Shown here piece by piece: positions 50,199 through 62,889 of a stretch of DNA of 64,000 bases; the first letter of the stretch is position 1; each line of letters starts with the position of its first letter. The notes below the pieces were generated by a model. It did not search any database, was not told the origin of the DNA, and worked only from the letters and a program-made list of their open reading frames with translations. Made by a program: the position numbers and the translations under genes. The DNA is from Haliotis cracherodii (lineage: Eukaryota), in assembly GCF_022045235.1 (NCBI RefSeq), contig NW_027266297.1, forward strand, positions 25,358,001 through 25,422,000. Direction: 5' to 3'.

Positions 50199-50525
50199 TG
50201 TGCCATGTTGAAAGTTTAGAAAATGAAATGTCACGCAGAGTTTCTGTTAAATACATTTCTTTTTAATTTCAGAGAAAAAAAGAAAATAAATATAAGAAAA
50301 TAATCAATAGCATAACAACAGGTTCAGAACAGATCCCGTCTCATGTTATGACATTGCAATTACTTGATTGTATTGGTTAACTATATACATATAGTTACAC
50401 AAAACATAGACACTTCATCCGTCAGGTTGTCCAGCCGTCGAACCTACACATTCGATGCATCTCTAAGACCCATTTTGCCGTCTGGATGTAGCTGTAAAAT
50501 AATAATAATATTAATAAGCAGAAAA

Positions 50526-50526
<1 letters not shown>

Positions 50527-50579
<53 letters not shown>
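50527..50579. repeat. (TAC)n microsatellite
   Basis: Perfect run; explains the poly-Tyr in ORF 50364-50663. Confidence 0.97.
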
Positions 50580-51504
50580 AACACTGCCCATGTGGTTTTT
50601 TTTAGTGTTCAATTTCTGTTATCATCTGTAGACAGTTTCAGCGCAATATTCCTGAGAATTTAGAGATAACGAAACAGTATACTAAGATATCAACTCGACA
50701 TTTGTTGTAAAGAAAATGCATATATCCCAATGAATACATGGATAGTTTGTTGAAACTAGATTTCCACCTATCAAATAATTTATACGAGTATGTGTCCGGC
50801 GCTTACCCATGTTGCTTATCATGCTGATAACCCAGAGATATGCTTACTTCGGTGGTATACATCGCCTTCATACCCACACCGACTCAAACACTAGTATGTT
50901 ACACCTCTCATTGATTCAGAAGTAGTGAGATATTAAACCTTGTATACATGTTAATATGTGAGGGAACATGTTGTGTATGCATGGGCTGTCAGTGAGGACT
51001 TGTGTGATGGCGGGCACGTCGGCGGTCAGTGTACTGATGTTTACCATGGAATGTAACAACGTCACGTGGATATACCCCTCATTCCTGGGCGTCCCCACAC
51101 AGGGGATATACCTGCCGCTTGGTCACCCAGGGCACGGGCAGATACACGCTGGGACGGGACTACTGATGACGTCAAGGTTAGGTGTACATACCGATCCTGC
51201 TGGTACTCATGCTGAGAAACACAACCATAATACTGCTATAATACTACTAATAATGATAACAGCAACGGCAATACTAATAATATCAATAATAATTACAATG
51301 ACAATAATACTATAAACATATAGACACACCATTAACAACTGCTATACTATGGGTACCCGGGAGGATGAGATGGTATTGTGACAGTTAACATTCAAGCGCC
51401 TGACAGGGAGCTGAGAATGAGGCATACTAATCCATGAACAGAGGTAATAATGTTACGCTTTGAGATGCTTTAGGTTGTGTATTAAGAAAATAAGAAGAAG
51501 GAGG

Positions 51505-51841
51505 TCGTGAGGTGAGATGGGGTTTAACGTCGCGTCCAAGATTATTGCACTTATATAGCGACGTGCATGCAGGTGTGTGTTTATGTGCCTGCTTGTACTA
51601 GTCCGGACTGATGCCGCTCACTGAGATACCATGCCGCAGTTTAACATGAATACCCCACTCAGACAAAGTTTACTGACTCCGAGCCGACCAGTCCTTGTTT
51701 TAGCCCCTTAATGCCGAGCGCCAGACAGGGTAACAACAAGTACCATCTTTTAAAGTCTTTTGGTATGACGCGGCTGGGGATCGATCCTCGGACCTTCCGT
51801 TCTCCGGGCGGCCGCTCTACCACTAGACCACGAAGGCGTTC
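51505..51841 (-). mobile_element. Family B (Meta-like) SINE
   Basis: TSD AGAAGAAGGAGG at 51493-51504 and 51842-51853. Confidence 0.88.
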
Positions 51842-52157
51842 AGAAGAAGGAGGAGAATGACAGCAACAATAATAATATAATATTACTGGAACAGAAATTA
51901 ATATTAATAAATAAACCAGCTTTGATAATGATAGAAGAACAGCAATAACAATAACAGCAACATTGTAGTAACAACAATAATAATGCTGATAATAACAGCA
52001 AAACTAATGATTTGTAATATTTTTCTCTGATGACAACGACGACGATGCAGCACCTCAGAGTTGACAAGGAGAACCCACTAGGCTCCTATTCATATAGCTT
52101 ATCAAGAGTGCAAATATCACCCGCAACCGCATACACGTACGCACAGTCACAACCATC

Positions 52158-52159
<2 letters not shown>

Positions 52160-52199
<40 letters not shown>
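52160..52199. repeat. (GT)n microsatellite
   Basis: Perfect run. Confidence 0.97.
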
Positions 52200-52201
<2 letters not shown>

Positions 52202-55200
52202 ATCTAAAGTATGACCCTCGAACAGGAACGAAAATACAAGGTTAACCTTTTTAAATGGAAACATAGACAACACGTGATGTTTGACTTTAAACGAGTAGAT
52301 GCTGAAAGCCGGGCATTATACCCTGAACCATCTCTGCGTTACAGGTCCTACTTTAGTCAGTTAAAGAGGCATGTCTCGTTCTTAACACCAAGACTGATGT
52401 TTTATACAAGCAATTCTTTACTTCAATGTTATTCTAATTGCGATCTATCCAATGACTAGCCCAGCTGCTTTATTACGCCCGTCAACATGAGGGCAGGACA
52501 AAGAGGCTCTCGGAGGCGAAAGGCCACATTCTGATAAACATTTGAGTGTTTGTTGAGGATTATCTACTCGGTAGGTAAAAATGGATCGAAGGATTCTGGT
52601 CAATCCCCAGGATTAAATAGGCCCCCGATATCCTCGCCATTGAATACACAAATCATACAGACCTTTTGTGTGTAAACCGTGTCCCGGCGATTCGCATTAC
52701 CGTCGACTTTCGCTGTGTTGATTCTACTCAGTGCGATAATGCCTTTAAATCTGATGTTTTTTTATTGTAATGATAAAACGAAACTTGAGAGGTTTTTTTC
52801 GGTGAACGCCCCTCCGGATGTTTCTCCTTCGGTGTGGCGTAAGATTGACAGGTAGCGCCAGTGTGAAATGTGTCACCCATCTTTGTCAATATCACCGCTG
52901 TGACAGATGAAACACATTGTACTCAGTTTTCGTGTCGTGTCATAAACACTAGGATAAGGAATCCATTAAATCTGCTTTCTTGTCAGTTTAGATTGACGCA
53001 TGCCGATAAGAGACAAACTTTTATGAAGTTTGGTGGAATGAAAAAAAGTTTCATATGGTCATATTTACAAACGAAAACTTCCCTATTGTAAAAGGCTTAT
53101 GACATTTTTGTGTGAAAATCTCATGAAGTTTAGAACAGACAATGAACACAGATGGCTTTGTATGTCTTGAATGAATAGGGGAGCTTTGAGCAGTGCATTA
53201 TTTACACCTCTGTCAGCAATTTTTCAGACATCAAAAATAGGCTTCACACATTGTACCCAGCGGACACTCTAACAGCACCTCTGTAATGAAACATCCAGTC
53301 GGGATTCTGTAAGAAAGGGTCCCCAGTCCCCGCTGAATGTCCTGGAGCCGACTTATAACGGCTGTGTAGTATGAGACCCAGCTGGCTGATTGTGTGTCAC
53401 CTTGCGCCGACAGCATGGATCGTCCGTTATTCATTCAATCAACCACTGGTTTAAATGACCCAGATTCGATAATTTACAACGTGGATAATACTTAGCTTGA
53501 ATAATGCTGACTCTAGTGTAACACTTGTACTTACCGACTATATGGGCCTATCGTTATGATTTAGTTGTACACGTTAAAATTTAAAAACTGCAATCTCTCA
53601 GATGTAATTATACTCCAACTATTCAAATGTCAGTTGCATTATTTTACAAATTATAGATAAAGGATTATTAAGAATATTTAAAATGTAGAAATATCATTTT
53701 TAAGGAGCCTATTTAAATAATGTAGTCTTGTCTATGACACAAGAACGGCAATAAAGCCATGAATGATTCTTGCATATTTGTCAAGGCTGCGGCTTGCGCC
53801 CGATTTTGAAAAAAGTATTTCCACTGAAGAACAAAGAAGTCAGTTCGTCAGTTGGTGTAGTGGTGCCACCACAACATGCATGTTTTGAGTAACCGCGCCG
53901 TGACACAATATGTCGCGAGTGTTCCAGGTTCCGTCTGTTATGCCACCTCACACTGATCACGTCAACACCACGTGCTTAACTCCCGAGGAAGAAAGACACT
54001 GCTTTAACCAATTTCGTTCAAAATTCCCATACACCGGCGAGAGCCATGACCGCTTTCCGCCGGAATCCAGGCTTACTTTTGGTGACACCCGCGACATTCT
54101 TGTGGCTTTACGTTTTTTTTGTCGTTATTGCGGTGTGATACTTTACAGAAGTGTGTGACATTTACATTTCATAATGGCCACACCTGGTCAATTTCTCAGG
54201 TGAAAAAGGCTTTCATGTTACCGATATGTAAGTCTACATTGAGATAAATGGATCTATATCGGAGACATCTCTACCGTTCTCACGGACGTGTGTTAAAAGA
54301 TGGAACGGAAATATGTAATTTGGAATTAAGAGTAAGTAGTAGGATCTAGAGTGGGCATATAGTAGGGGTTCAGAATAGGTCACCAGTGCCACATGCTTAT
54401 CAAAGGTGGCTGAAATGGGGATTGGGTGGAACAATGTCTGACCCGTTTCGCTGGTATCATATACTTAATCTGAACCCTAGACAAATATTTAATCCCTAAC
54501 ATGAACATTTGTATTTGTGAATTTGCTAGTGTCCCTTAGGCGTACCAGATTTCAATGACCTTGGTACGAATCTGTTTCGCCGTGATTACGTTCCTAGGTT
54601 TTTCAGCACTATACCCGTAGTCCTGGGTTTCAGGAAACATTTAATACCTGTTTTAGTGCGGACTTGCCTCCCACATCAAGCTGACAGGCCGTGATATAAC
54701 TGAAATATTGTTGGAAGCGGCGTTAAACACAACTCACTCAGACCCCTTTTTTCTGCTGCCCCGGGACGGTCGACCATCGTTGAAACATATGCATGTATCT
54801 CTGTTGGTTGACAAAAACAATGTGCGTGCTGGGATTCAAATCATTATTTGGTTTATATGACAGAGGTCAATATGTAAAGTGTGAAACCAATTAGAGAAGC
54901 CACATCCTCACACCCCTTCTGACCCAGATTGCCAGTGGGCACTGTTCCCACACGCCCACCCGTTTCCCGCAGCGTCATTTGTGGACATTGCCCACGATCT
55001 CATGTTCTGTCCAGCTTGTCCGTTTGTTTGTGTACTCGGCGATCACAGGATGGACACTGTCCCCACAACTGACCTTAGCCCATCCCCTCGAGTTAGCAGG
55101 TGCTTGATTATAACGTGATTCAGTTGTTCTCCATTGAAATCCATGTCGGATACGACTCCATAAGGTAGTATTAAACAGATCCAGAGTTCAGCAAACGTAT

Positions 55201-55605
55201 TGACGAATTAGGTTATGTCGAGTTCTCGGCTGAGATGAAATCAGTCGTATTATCAAGCAGAGATACGAGCTCGTAGCTCACAGCTGACGTAATTGAGAAT
55301 ACACAGACTTGGTTTTCTTAAATCATTAAAAACCTCATTTGTTCGCCTGATGTCATCTAATCATAAACCTACTATTGTACAGTTAGCAAAATTAATATTG
55401 AATGCAATGAAATTGTATAAATTGTATCAGTTATTGTATTCCTGTAATGTTATGTTCCTGTGGCCTCTAACTTCAAATAAAGGTGTTGATAGACTTGGTT
55501 TAACGAACTGGCCATTAAGTGATGTCGTCCTTGTTCGTGTTTTCCTCAGTTCTTTCTGAGTTATTTATATCCAGGTATCTTTGAAATTAGTTATAATCGG
55601 AGCTC

Positions 55606-55885
55606 GGGGCACGGGTGGCCCAGTCGTCTAAGGCGCCGCGATTCGCTGTGCAGAGTTGCGTCCCTTGGGCACGCCAGAAACCTATGATTGTGGGTTGGAA
55701 TCCCGGTTCGCCCCGATTATGTTTCTAGGTTTGTCAATACCATACCCGTGCTCGTGGGTTTCACCGAAGTGGTAAACGTCTGAGACCTGCATCACTTCGG
55801 GCTTTCCTCCCACATTAAGCTGACACGCCGCGAAATAACTGGAATACTGTTAAAAGTGGCGTTAAACCCAACTCACTCACTCACT
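55606..55885 (+). mobile_element. Family D SINE, full length
   Basis: Near reverse complement of 10570-10854. Confidence 0.88.
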
Positions 55886-58260
55886 ATATCTTTGTTGTTC
55901 GTTATGACCGGAGTTCTTCATACCCAGAGCTCATTAAAGTTCAATATACTAGGAACTCGTTGTATTCAGACATCTTTGTAGTTCACTATGAGTTACATGT
56001 GTTGAGATTCTCTGTAGTTCGTAATAGCCAGTGTTCCTTTCCCCCAAGATGTGTTATTTCGGGTTTGCATCTATCGTGTTCCTTGGAGTTTGCTATGTAG
56101 AAGCTCCTTACATGAAATAATTCCTGGAGGTTCGTTATATCCGTAGTGAATGTATACTTGGAATATGTACAGTTCAGAGAGGCAGTTACACAGAGCACTG
56201 ACTCCCTTCCTATCGCACCCCTTATCTCCGGTTATCTCGAGGTTTCGTTTGGTTCTTTCCTGTTCGTGATAACGAAAGTTCAGTGTGATGTTAACCCGCA
56301 TCCCTACCAATGAACACCGTGAAACACGAAGCCACATCTATATGTAGCTGGAATGAGAGTGGAACGGACACTGAAGGGCTGGCACGGTTCAACATTCAAA
56401 GAAACATCACGGCTGAAAAGATGGGGCTGGATGACATCTGCAGGTTTGACAGTCAATGGACACTTTCCACTTCAATGATCCCAACAGCCTAGGCCATATT
56501 CCCTGCAGGTGCTCGTGCCGGTAAAACTAGTACTGGCACATTCCGTTCTTATGTCAGATAATACACCAAGACTAGTTTGTTTAAAGAAATGGTCAGTCTT
56601 TGACGGTAATACGCTTTCGTGATTTAAAATCACATATCATGGCAAATGTGTTATGTTAGCAATTTGATCAGCAAATGACGTTTCCTCCTTATCATTGTCC
56701 GAGATATTTTGGTTTGGCAAGGGCAATGTGAATGACCCACCCACTGTAGACACTATGTAAGCAATGTCCTTACCCGCAATGATTTACCATGCAAACACTC
56801 ACGTATTCCTGATACAGCAAGTACTACTTTACATGTACTTACACTTAATGTACAAGCCGGTATAGGTAGTTGCGCGCATATATACATGTAGAAAAATATC
56901 AGTAACACACAAAATCTCATGATTTCAATTATATTGACAATCCAGTGTGCACAAAATAGTCGTATTATCCGTTTCGGGTAACACATGAAGTCAGATGTAT
57001 TTCCTTTCAATTAAGATGAGTTACATCGATGAAAGCAACCAGAATTTACACCGTCACACCAGTACTGCAAAGCGACATGTGGATTTAAAAAAAAGTGTAA
57101 TATGTTGGTAAAAAGTTTAACTAATAAAAATATATAATGTAAGCCCACGAAATCTGCCCTGGGCCATCTAAACCCCACCTTTTCACACGTACTAAAATTA
57201 GTCTTTAGATATATAAGAAAACAATCATGCAAGGTTTTATCCGTACAGTGTACAGTTTTAAATATTTGCTGTTCCCTATAGCGGTTTTGACAACTAGAAT
57301 TTCAACCATTTGCAGATTTTATCAAAACAAAACTGTTTTTCGAGAATTTTGCCAACGATGCATATTGTTCTTCATGCATATATTTAAAATATGTGCTGAT
57401 GCGAATTTCTCTTTGTCAATTCAATCTTCAATCTGGACACAATCACATACTGCGCGATAAGGTTTGGCATGGATGCCTAAATATGGGTACCACGTGGGAC
57501 AATATACACTTGACGTTGATACACAAATTAAAGATAAAGTTCTCACATGTGTCGGTCATATCATACCATATACGCTCTCAGAATTTATGAATTAATAACA
57601 ACGACGAAGAAGAATGTCACTCTGTGAGCCTAAGCTTTGATGCTTGCTTGACAACCTCGGGGGAGCACACTGTCTCACATTTTCTCACTTCTAATATCAA
57701 AGGAAGGTTGGGTATAGCTGTCATTATAAAGCTGTCATTCACGTCCACTGTCACACAAACAACAACACTTGACCACAGATGGTCAACTTCCACACATAAT
57801 GGTCACTGTGTGTAGCAATGGTGTATCGGTGTATTCGTCCTGGCTGGTCATTGAATAGTGTTAATGTATGGCGAGCATGACGAGAAGATATACTGTAGTC
57901 AACATTGAGAGATTATAACTGAGCCTTATGGCAATCATACATATTTATATCAAAGACCCCACTCTCATATATTAAGAATCATAATTTTACATATTTGAGT
58001 CTTAAATTCAGTGTGTGAGATCTTTATGTATGATAAAATAATGAATGTGTTTCACACGTGCACTGCCGTGGAATGTTATTCATCTTAACATTTACAGTTC
58101 TGTTACTGTGGGGTTATTTCCTGAATCTACAATTATAATCCATCCTTTTATGACTTGATTTGCGTTCACGTGTCGCAGAACAATTCATCAGTTGTATCAC
58201 AGAAATAATTTCGTCCAAGTAACGAAAGTCAAGGGCAATCACGAAAACGTGTCGAAACAG

Positions 58261-58420
58261 TGAGTGAGTATGGTTTTACGCCGCTTTTAGCAATATTCCA
58301 GCAATATCTCGGCGGGGGACACTCTAGATGGGCTTCACACATTGTACCCATGTCAGGAATCGAACCCGGGTCTTCGCCGTGACGAGCGAACGATTCAACT
58401 ACTAGGCTACCCGACCGCCC
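58261..58420 (-). mobile_element. Family C SINE
   Basis: Imperfect 13-bp TSD CGTGTCGAAACAG/CGTGTCCATACAG. Confidence 0.86.
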
Positions 58421-59234
58421 CGTGTCCATACAGACGATAATGTTATATTTAAAATGTAATTACGAATAAGTTTTAGAAAAAAATTATAAAACAAATTTAA
58501 TCACAAGCGTATCTTGTACTCACTGTCAAAAAGAACTAGATTGAAAACAGTCGCCAGAACAATGAAAACTTAAGGTCTTCATCTGATGACCATTTCTTGT
58601 TTGTTTCCGTTTTTAGCCATCATTGAAAAATGGTGTATACTTTCGTTTGCCCGGCAGTTAATGTGTAATCATTAACTCCTATAAATCATACCATTTGAGT
58701 TAGCATACAATAAAGTGATGCTTATACCACTTGGATCAAACTTACTTGGTCTGCAATATGTATTACTGAAATATAAAAAGTCAACGCCGACACATATTCC
58801 ATTAGGGATAAATCCAGGAACAGATATAAAATATACTGTGTTTGCATCATTTGTATCGAGCAGTAATGTTATTCAGAGTAACATTGAAATAATTTTGGGT
58901 ATAATGTAACCGTATATAAATGAGACACCTATTAAGGGCATTGACCGAGCGCTTACACCAGTTGTAAGGCGGAGGAGAAAAACATGCACATATTAAATGA
59001 GAGAAACAGGCTCTTACAAAAAGACGAAATTCATCTTCAACACGGTTCAAACATCTTGGGCGACAGTTTACACAAACCCGTCTAAGTGTGACAGCGTTTG
59101 TAGACGCAGATATGCATTGCTGTAGTGATGTGGCGTGAGATATGGCAAGCTAATTGAAGACAGACACCGCGGAATAACCAAGTCGAAAAACTCCCTCCTC
59201 TGTGCAATGTTCCTCAAAGATATGTCAGCTAAGT

Positions 59235-59655
59235 CATGTTAATGTATGGGCCTAATGGTCATCTTAGCACTAAGATCGCTTGGTGGAATGGCCTCCAGAC
59301 TGGGCCACGTTGCAGAAGGTGATCTTAGTGCTAAGGCAAGCGGCAGTCTGTGGGGTTATATTTTGTACTTACGACAGTCGTAACGCTAAGATCACTTTAT
59401 GGAAATGGACGATACTTTAACATAGACTTACGACAATCGTTGCGTTTTGTGGAACGGGGACCTGGGTGCCGTCGCCCAAAGCGATCTTAGCACTAAGGTG
59501 ATCGTAACTCCCATACCTTAACATAGATCCATACCAAGATCGTCTTCACTGGGCGTCGCCATTTTGTTTGAAGAAAATGTAAGTGATATGAGAGGTGGAT
59601 TCTGATTGGTCAATAGGAGGTAAATAGAAGGGAGATAACTCCTACCAGCCTGTTT
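59235..59655. mobile_element. Cluster of about 4 CWG-MITE remnants joined to a fragment of the 9-bp-TSD MITE
   Basis: Repeated ATCTTAG(C/T)(A/G)CTAAG motifs; junction GGAACGGGGAC-CTG-GGTGCCG; 59536-59655 matches 19489-19608. Confidence 0.72.
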
Positions 59656-59826
59656 TGTACAGACGACAACCTGGAGTATACAGATTTTCAGTGATCCATT
59701 TACATAATATACACAGCTATTTTGCCTTTTTACGCCCAAAGGAATCTGGGATCTAGACTGGTTATTTTTTGGTGTTGGTGTTATATTAGAATATGAAGTG
59801 TCTCATTCGTGTTACTTTTCTTTCAG

Positions 59827-59893
59827 ATAACTGTAGGAAGAATGGCGTGTTGTTCCAGCCTGGTCAGAAACTTAAGGAGAACTGTAACGAGTG
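59827..59893 (+). CDS. TINAGL1: TINAGL1-like coding exon 2 (NCRKNGVLFQPGQKLKENCNE)
   Basis: Polypyrimidine tract plus TTTCAG acceptor; phase 1 in (A+AT=Asn) matches exon 1. C..NG..F.PG....ENCN.C motif. Donor TG|GTGAG (phase 2). Too short to appear in the ORF track. Confidence 0.88.
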
Positions 59894-60049
59894 GTGAGAT
59901 TATTTTAATGTGTGTCAATTTGACAATGTGTCAATGTGTGTAAGTATGGGACGCACCATCACACCTCACTACATACTGGTTAACACCATGACGCGGTGTC
60001 GCATACAGTATATACACTCTGTGCCTTGATAAAATGCCGCAGTATAAAC

Positions 60050-60268
60050 GCTATGCGTGTTGTAAGAGGCTACTAACGGGATCGGGTGGTCAGGCTCGCT
60101 GACTTGGTTGATGCATGTCATCGTATGCCAGTTACGTGGATCGATGCTCATGATGTCAAACACTGGATTGTCTGGTCCAGACTCGATTAATTATAGACCG
60201 CCGTCATAAATCTGGAATATTGCTGAGAGCGGCGTTAAACAATAAGCAAGCAAACAAACAAACAAACA
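60050..60268 (+). mobile_element. Family A SINE, 5'-truncated (intron 2)
   Basis: GTAAGAGGCTACTAACGGGATCGGGTGG through to the (CAAA)n tail. Confidence 0.83.
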
Positions 60269-60503
60269 ATATATGCACTCAGTGCTTTGATAAGGTGTCA
60301 CAAACAGTATACACACTCAATTCCTTGGTAAAGTTTCATTTTCAAAGGAAATTCTTGTTGAAGGTCGGTGTAAATGGATGTCAGTGTGAAACATGTTACA
60401 TGTTGACAAGGAATGTTTATTTACATTACACTTTATTGATGCATCTTGCCGCACATGTTGCAACTATTGTGTCGTTTCTTCTGCATTCTTCGTTTCTTCC
60501 CAG

Positions 60504-60614
60504 CATGTGCGAGGTGTTCGCCGGGCCACCCAGGAGGTTTGACTGGCGCTGCAGTCAGAATGTGTGTTTGATTAGACCGGAACTCATCCGCGCAGTGAAT
60601 GATGGGAGATATGG
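60504..60614 (+). CDS. TINAGL1: TINAGL1-like coding exon 3 (CMCEVFAGPPRRFDWRCSQNVCLIRPELIRAVNDGRYG)
   Basis: TTTCTTCCCAG acceptor; TG+C=Cys. W.C....CLI.P.LI..VN.G.YG motif. Donor GG|GTATGG (phase 2). Confidence 0.9.
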
Positions 60615-61079
60615 GTATGGCTTGTTAGCTCATGGTGGATGGATAGCTCATGAAACGCATATTTTACACTGATTGCAGCATGTCGATGTGATTTTTAAAA
60701 ATATTTATGACTAAATAGTATTTTTCTTTGTGGTTTTATTAAACGACTTGTGAAAGACCCCCATCTCGAATCCCAAAGAGGGCGCAATTTATAACGCCTC
60801 CTTTTTCGTATCCCTTTCGGCAATAGGGTTAAAACGATACTCGGAATTTAAACAGTTTACAAATGGAATATTTATGCAAAACATTAACCGACGGGCACTC
60901 GATAATTTCCAAATTGAACTGAAGGTTCCTCTAGAAGGAATACGCTCAATGTTGTAGTGCCCATTTTCAGTATAGACCTAGATGTTGTGTGGTCAATCTT
61001 GCTAACAGATGGTTGTGATCAATGTTGCTAGGACTGTCAATAAACCTGAGTCCACTCTCTCTTGAACGTCTTTTCACAG

Positions 61080-61312
61080 ATGGACAGCTAGCAACCACTC
61101 AGTGCTGTGGGGTATGACGTTACCTGATGGCGTCAAGTACCGTTTAGGAACGTTCCCGTTAGACTCGAACGTTGTGCGCATGACGCCACTCAAAGTGAGG
61201 CTGGACGAAGTTCTACCGGAAGCATTCGACTCCCGACAGAAATGGGGACAACTCATTAACCCTATAAGAGACCAGGGAAACTGCGGTGCATCATGGGCAT
61301 TTTCAACAACAG
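61080..61312 (+). CDS. TINAGL1: TINAGL1-like coding exon 4, start of papain/cathepsin-B-like (C1A) domain
   Basis: TTTTCACAG acceptor; GG+A=Gly. WTASNHSVLWGMTL.DG.KYRLGT ... LPEAFDSRQKW....PIRDQGNCGASWAFSTT. Donor G|GTATTC (phase 1). Confidence 0.94.
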
Positions 61313-61828
61313 GTATTCACTTCTGACGGAGATCTCAGGGACAATGATTTGTGTTTTACTTCATTATCTGAGTAGACAGACATGGCTGATGACAAATCGT
61401 GGTATGTAGGTTGGTCAGTTAAAGGTGTGGGCCAATATGTGAATTTAGCTATGAACCGTAAAAAAACACTTACTGAGATTCAACCGTATAACGTATTTGA
61501 GAAGTGGAGTGAAATTTGTAAAATGTTAAAGAATTGTATCCACGTAATCTTGAAAAGCATCTTTGTCCTGTCAGGGCGTGTCAGCTAGCTAAAGGAGGAG
61601 ACCCTGAAGGGATACAGATCTTATGATGTTTATCTATTCTATGAAAGAGTGAAAAGAGTGAACTGTCCTGTATTCTTCGGAGAAAACTAATATTTACATG
61701 TAATTGCTTGGGAATTTATCAACGACACCAGATCCCAAAATTTCAATTTCACTTATTTTGTTGCGAAGCATTTTTCACTGGAGAAAGCAGGACACGATTT
61801 CTAAAACAGTATTCTTGTTATCGTGTTC

Positions 61829-62098
61829 GGGGACACTAGTTGTCCAGTCGTCTAAGGCACCGCAATTCGTTGTGCCGAGTTGCTTCCCTAAGGCTTGCCA
61901 GAAACCTATGATCGTGAGTTCGAATTCCAGATTTTCCCTGATCTCAAATCTAGGTTTCTTAGCAGTATAGCCGTGCCAAAGTGGTAATCATGTAGGACCT
62001 GCATCACGTCTAACTTGCCTCCCACTTCAAACTGACACGCCGTGATATAACCGAATTTATTTTCAAAGCAACAAAACCCAAACTCACTCACTCACTCA
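61829..62098 (+). mobile_element. Diverged family D SINE (intron 4)
   Basis: CCAGTCGTCTAAGGCACCGCAATTCG head; (ACTC)n tail. Confidence 0.78.
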
Positions 62099-62226
62099 TT
62101 GATCCCGGTTGTAAGGTTATTTTGAAGTTTTATCGAAAACTCAGGAAAGTCAGATCATGCATTCCGTTAGTGAAGTCACCATATGGGCTTAACGGATACA
62201 CTGACCATTGTCCATGTCTGCTCCAG

Positions 62227-62377
62227 CCGTAGCATCCGACCGCCTGGGTATCGAGTTCATGGGGGACTACAAGGAGCAGCTCTCCCCCCAACACATTCTA
62301 TCTTGTAACAGTGACAAGCAGGAGGGCTGTGCCGGGGGCAACCTGGACCGAGCCTGGTACTACCTCAGGAGGAGGGG
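62227..62377 (+). CDS. TINAGL1: TINAGL1-like coding exon 5 (AVASDRLGIEF...LSPQHILSC....QEGCAGGNLDRAWYYLRRRG)
   Basis: CTCCAG acceptor; G+CC=Ala. Cathepsin-B-family SDR..I, LSPQ.ILSC and GC.GG...AW motifs. Donor GG|GTACGT (phase 2). Confidence 0.94.
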
Positions 62378-62726
62378 GTACGTGCTGCAGTCCTTATAGC
62401 TTACTTTCGATTCACCCAAAGTGGAACCTCGTCAGTCGGGACACTGCCTAATATTCCAGGGAGACGTACCTTGGAAAAATAGATTATATTTTGGTTATCC
62501 CAATAATGCTTCATTGTTTCTCTGAATGGTATGGGCTGAAAGACCGGCTAGGTTATTGAGGATCGTCATGATATGGTTTTAAAAATATAACTGTATCGTT
62601 ATTCAATCCGTCTTTAAAATTATTTTTAGGGAGCAATTTAAAAATTCTTTTCTTATAAAAAGTTGATGGTTAAATCGAATGAGATTATTTGACCTGGTCG
62701 TTGTAAAGCCAGACTTTCTGTTGTAG

Positions 62727-62889
62727 GCTGGTGACGGAGGACTGTTACCCCTACTCCAGCGGGAGGACCAGCACTGTCGGCGAATGTCTGGTCGCACCAC
62801 GGAAGCGTCAGGGGGACTGCCCCAGCGGCATAGAGTTCCGCATGGAGAAGCGCTACAAGACCACGCCCCCCTACAGGATACGTCCTCTT
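62727..62889 (+). CDS. TINAGL1: TINAGL1-like coding exon 6 (GLVTEDCYPYSSG...CPSG...YKTTPPYRIRPL); gene continues beyond the window
   Basis: TTCTGTTGTAG acceptor; GG+G=Gly. GLVTEDCYPY and Y..TPPYRI motifs. Donor |GTAAGT at 62890 (phase 0). No next exon recognised in 62890-64000. Confidence 0.92.

Noticed and set aside
55190-56290. Degenerate GTTCGTTATATCCG/GAGTT-type reiterations as a pogo-like element
   Set aside because: Probably an old MITE-derived region, but TIRs and boundaries could not be defined by eye.
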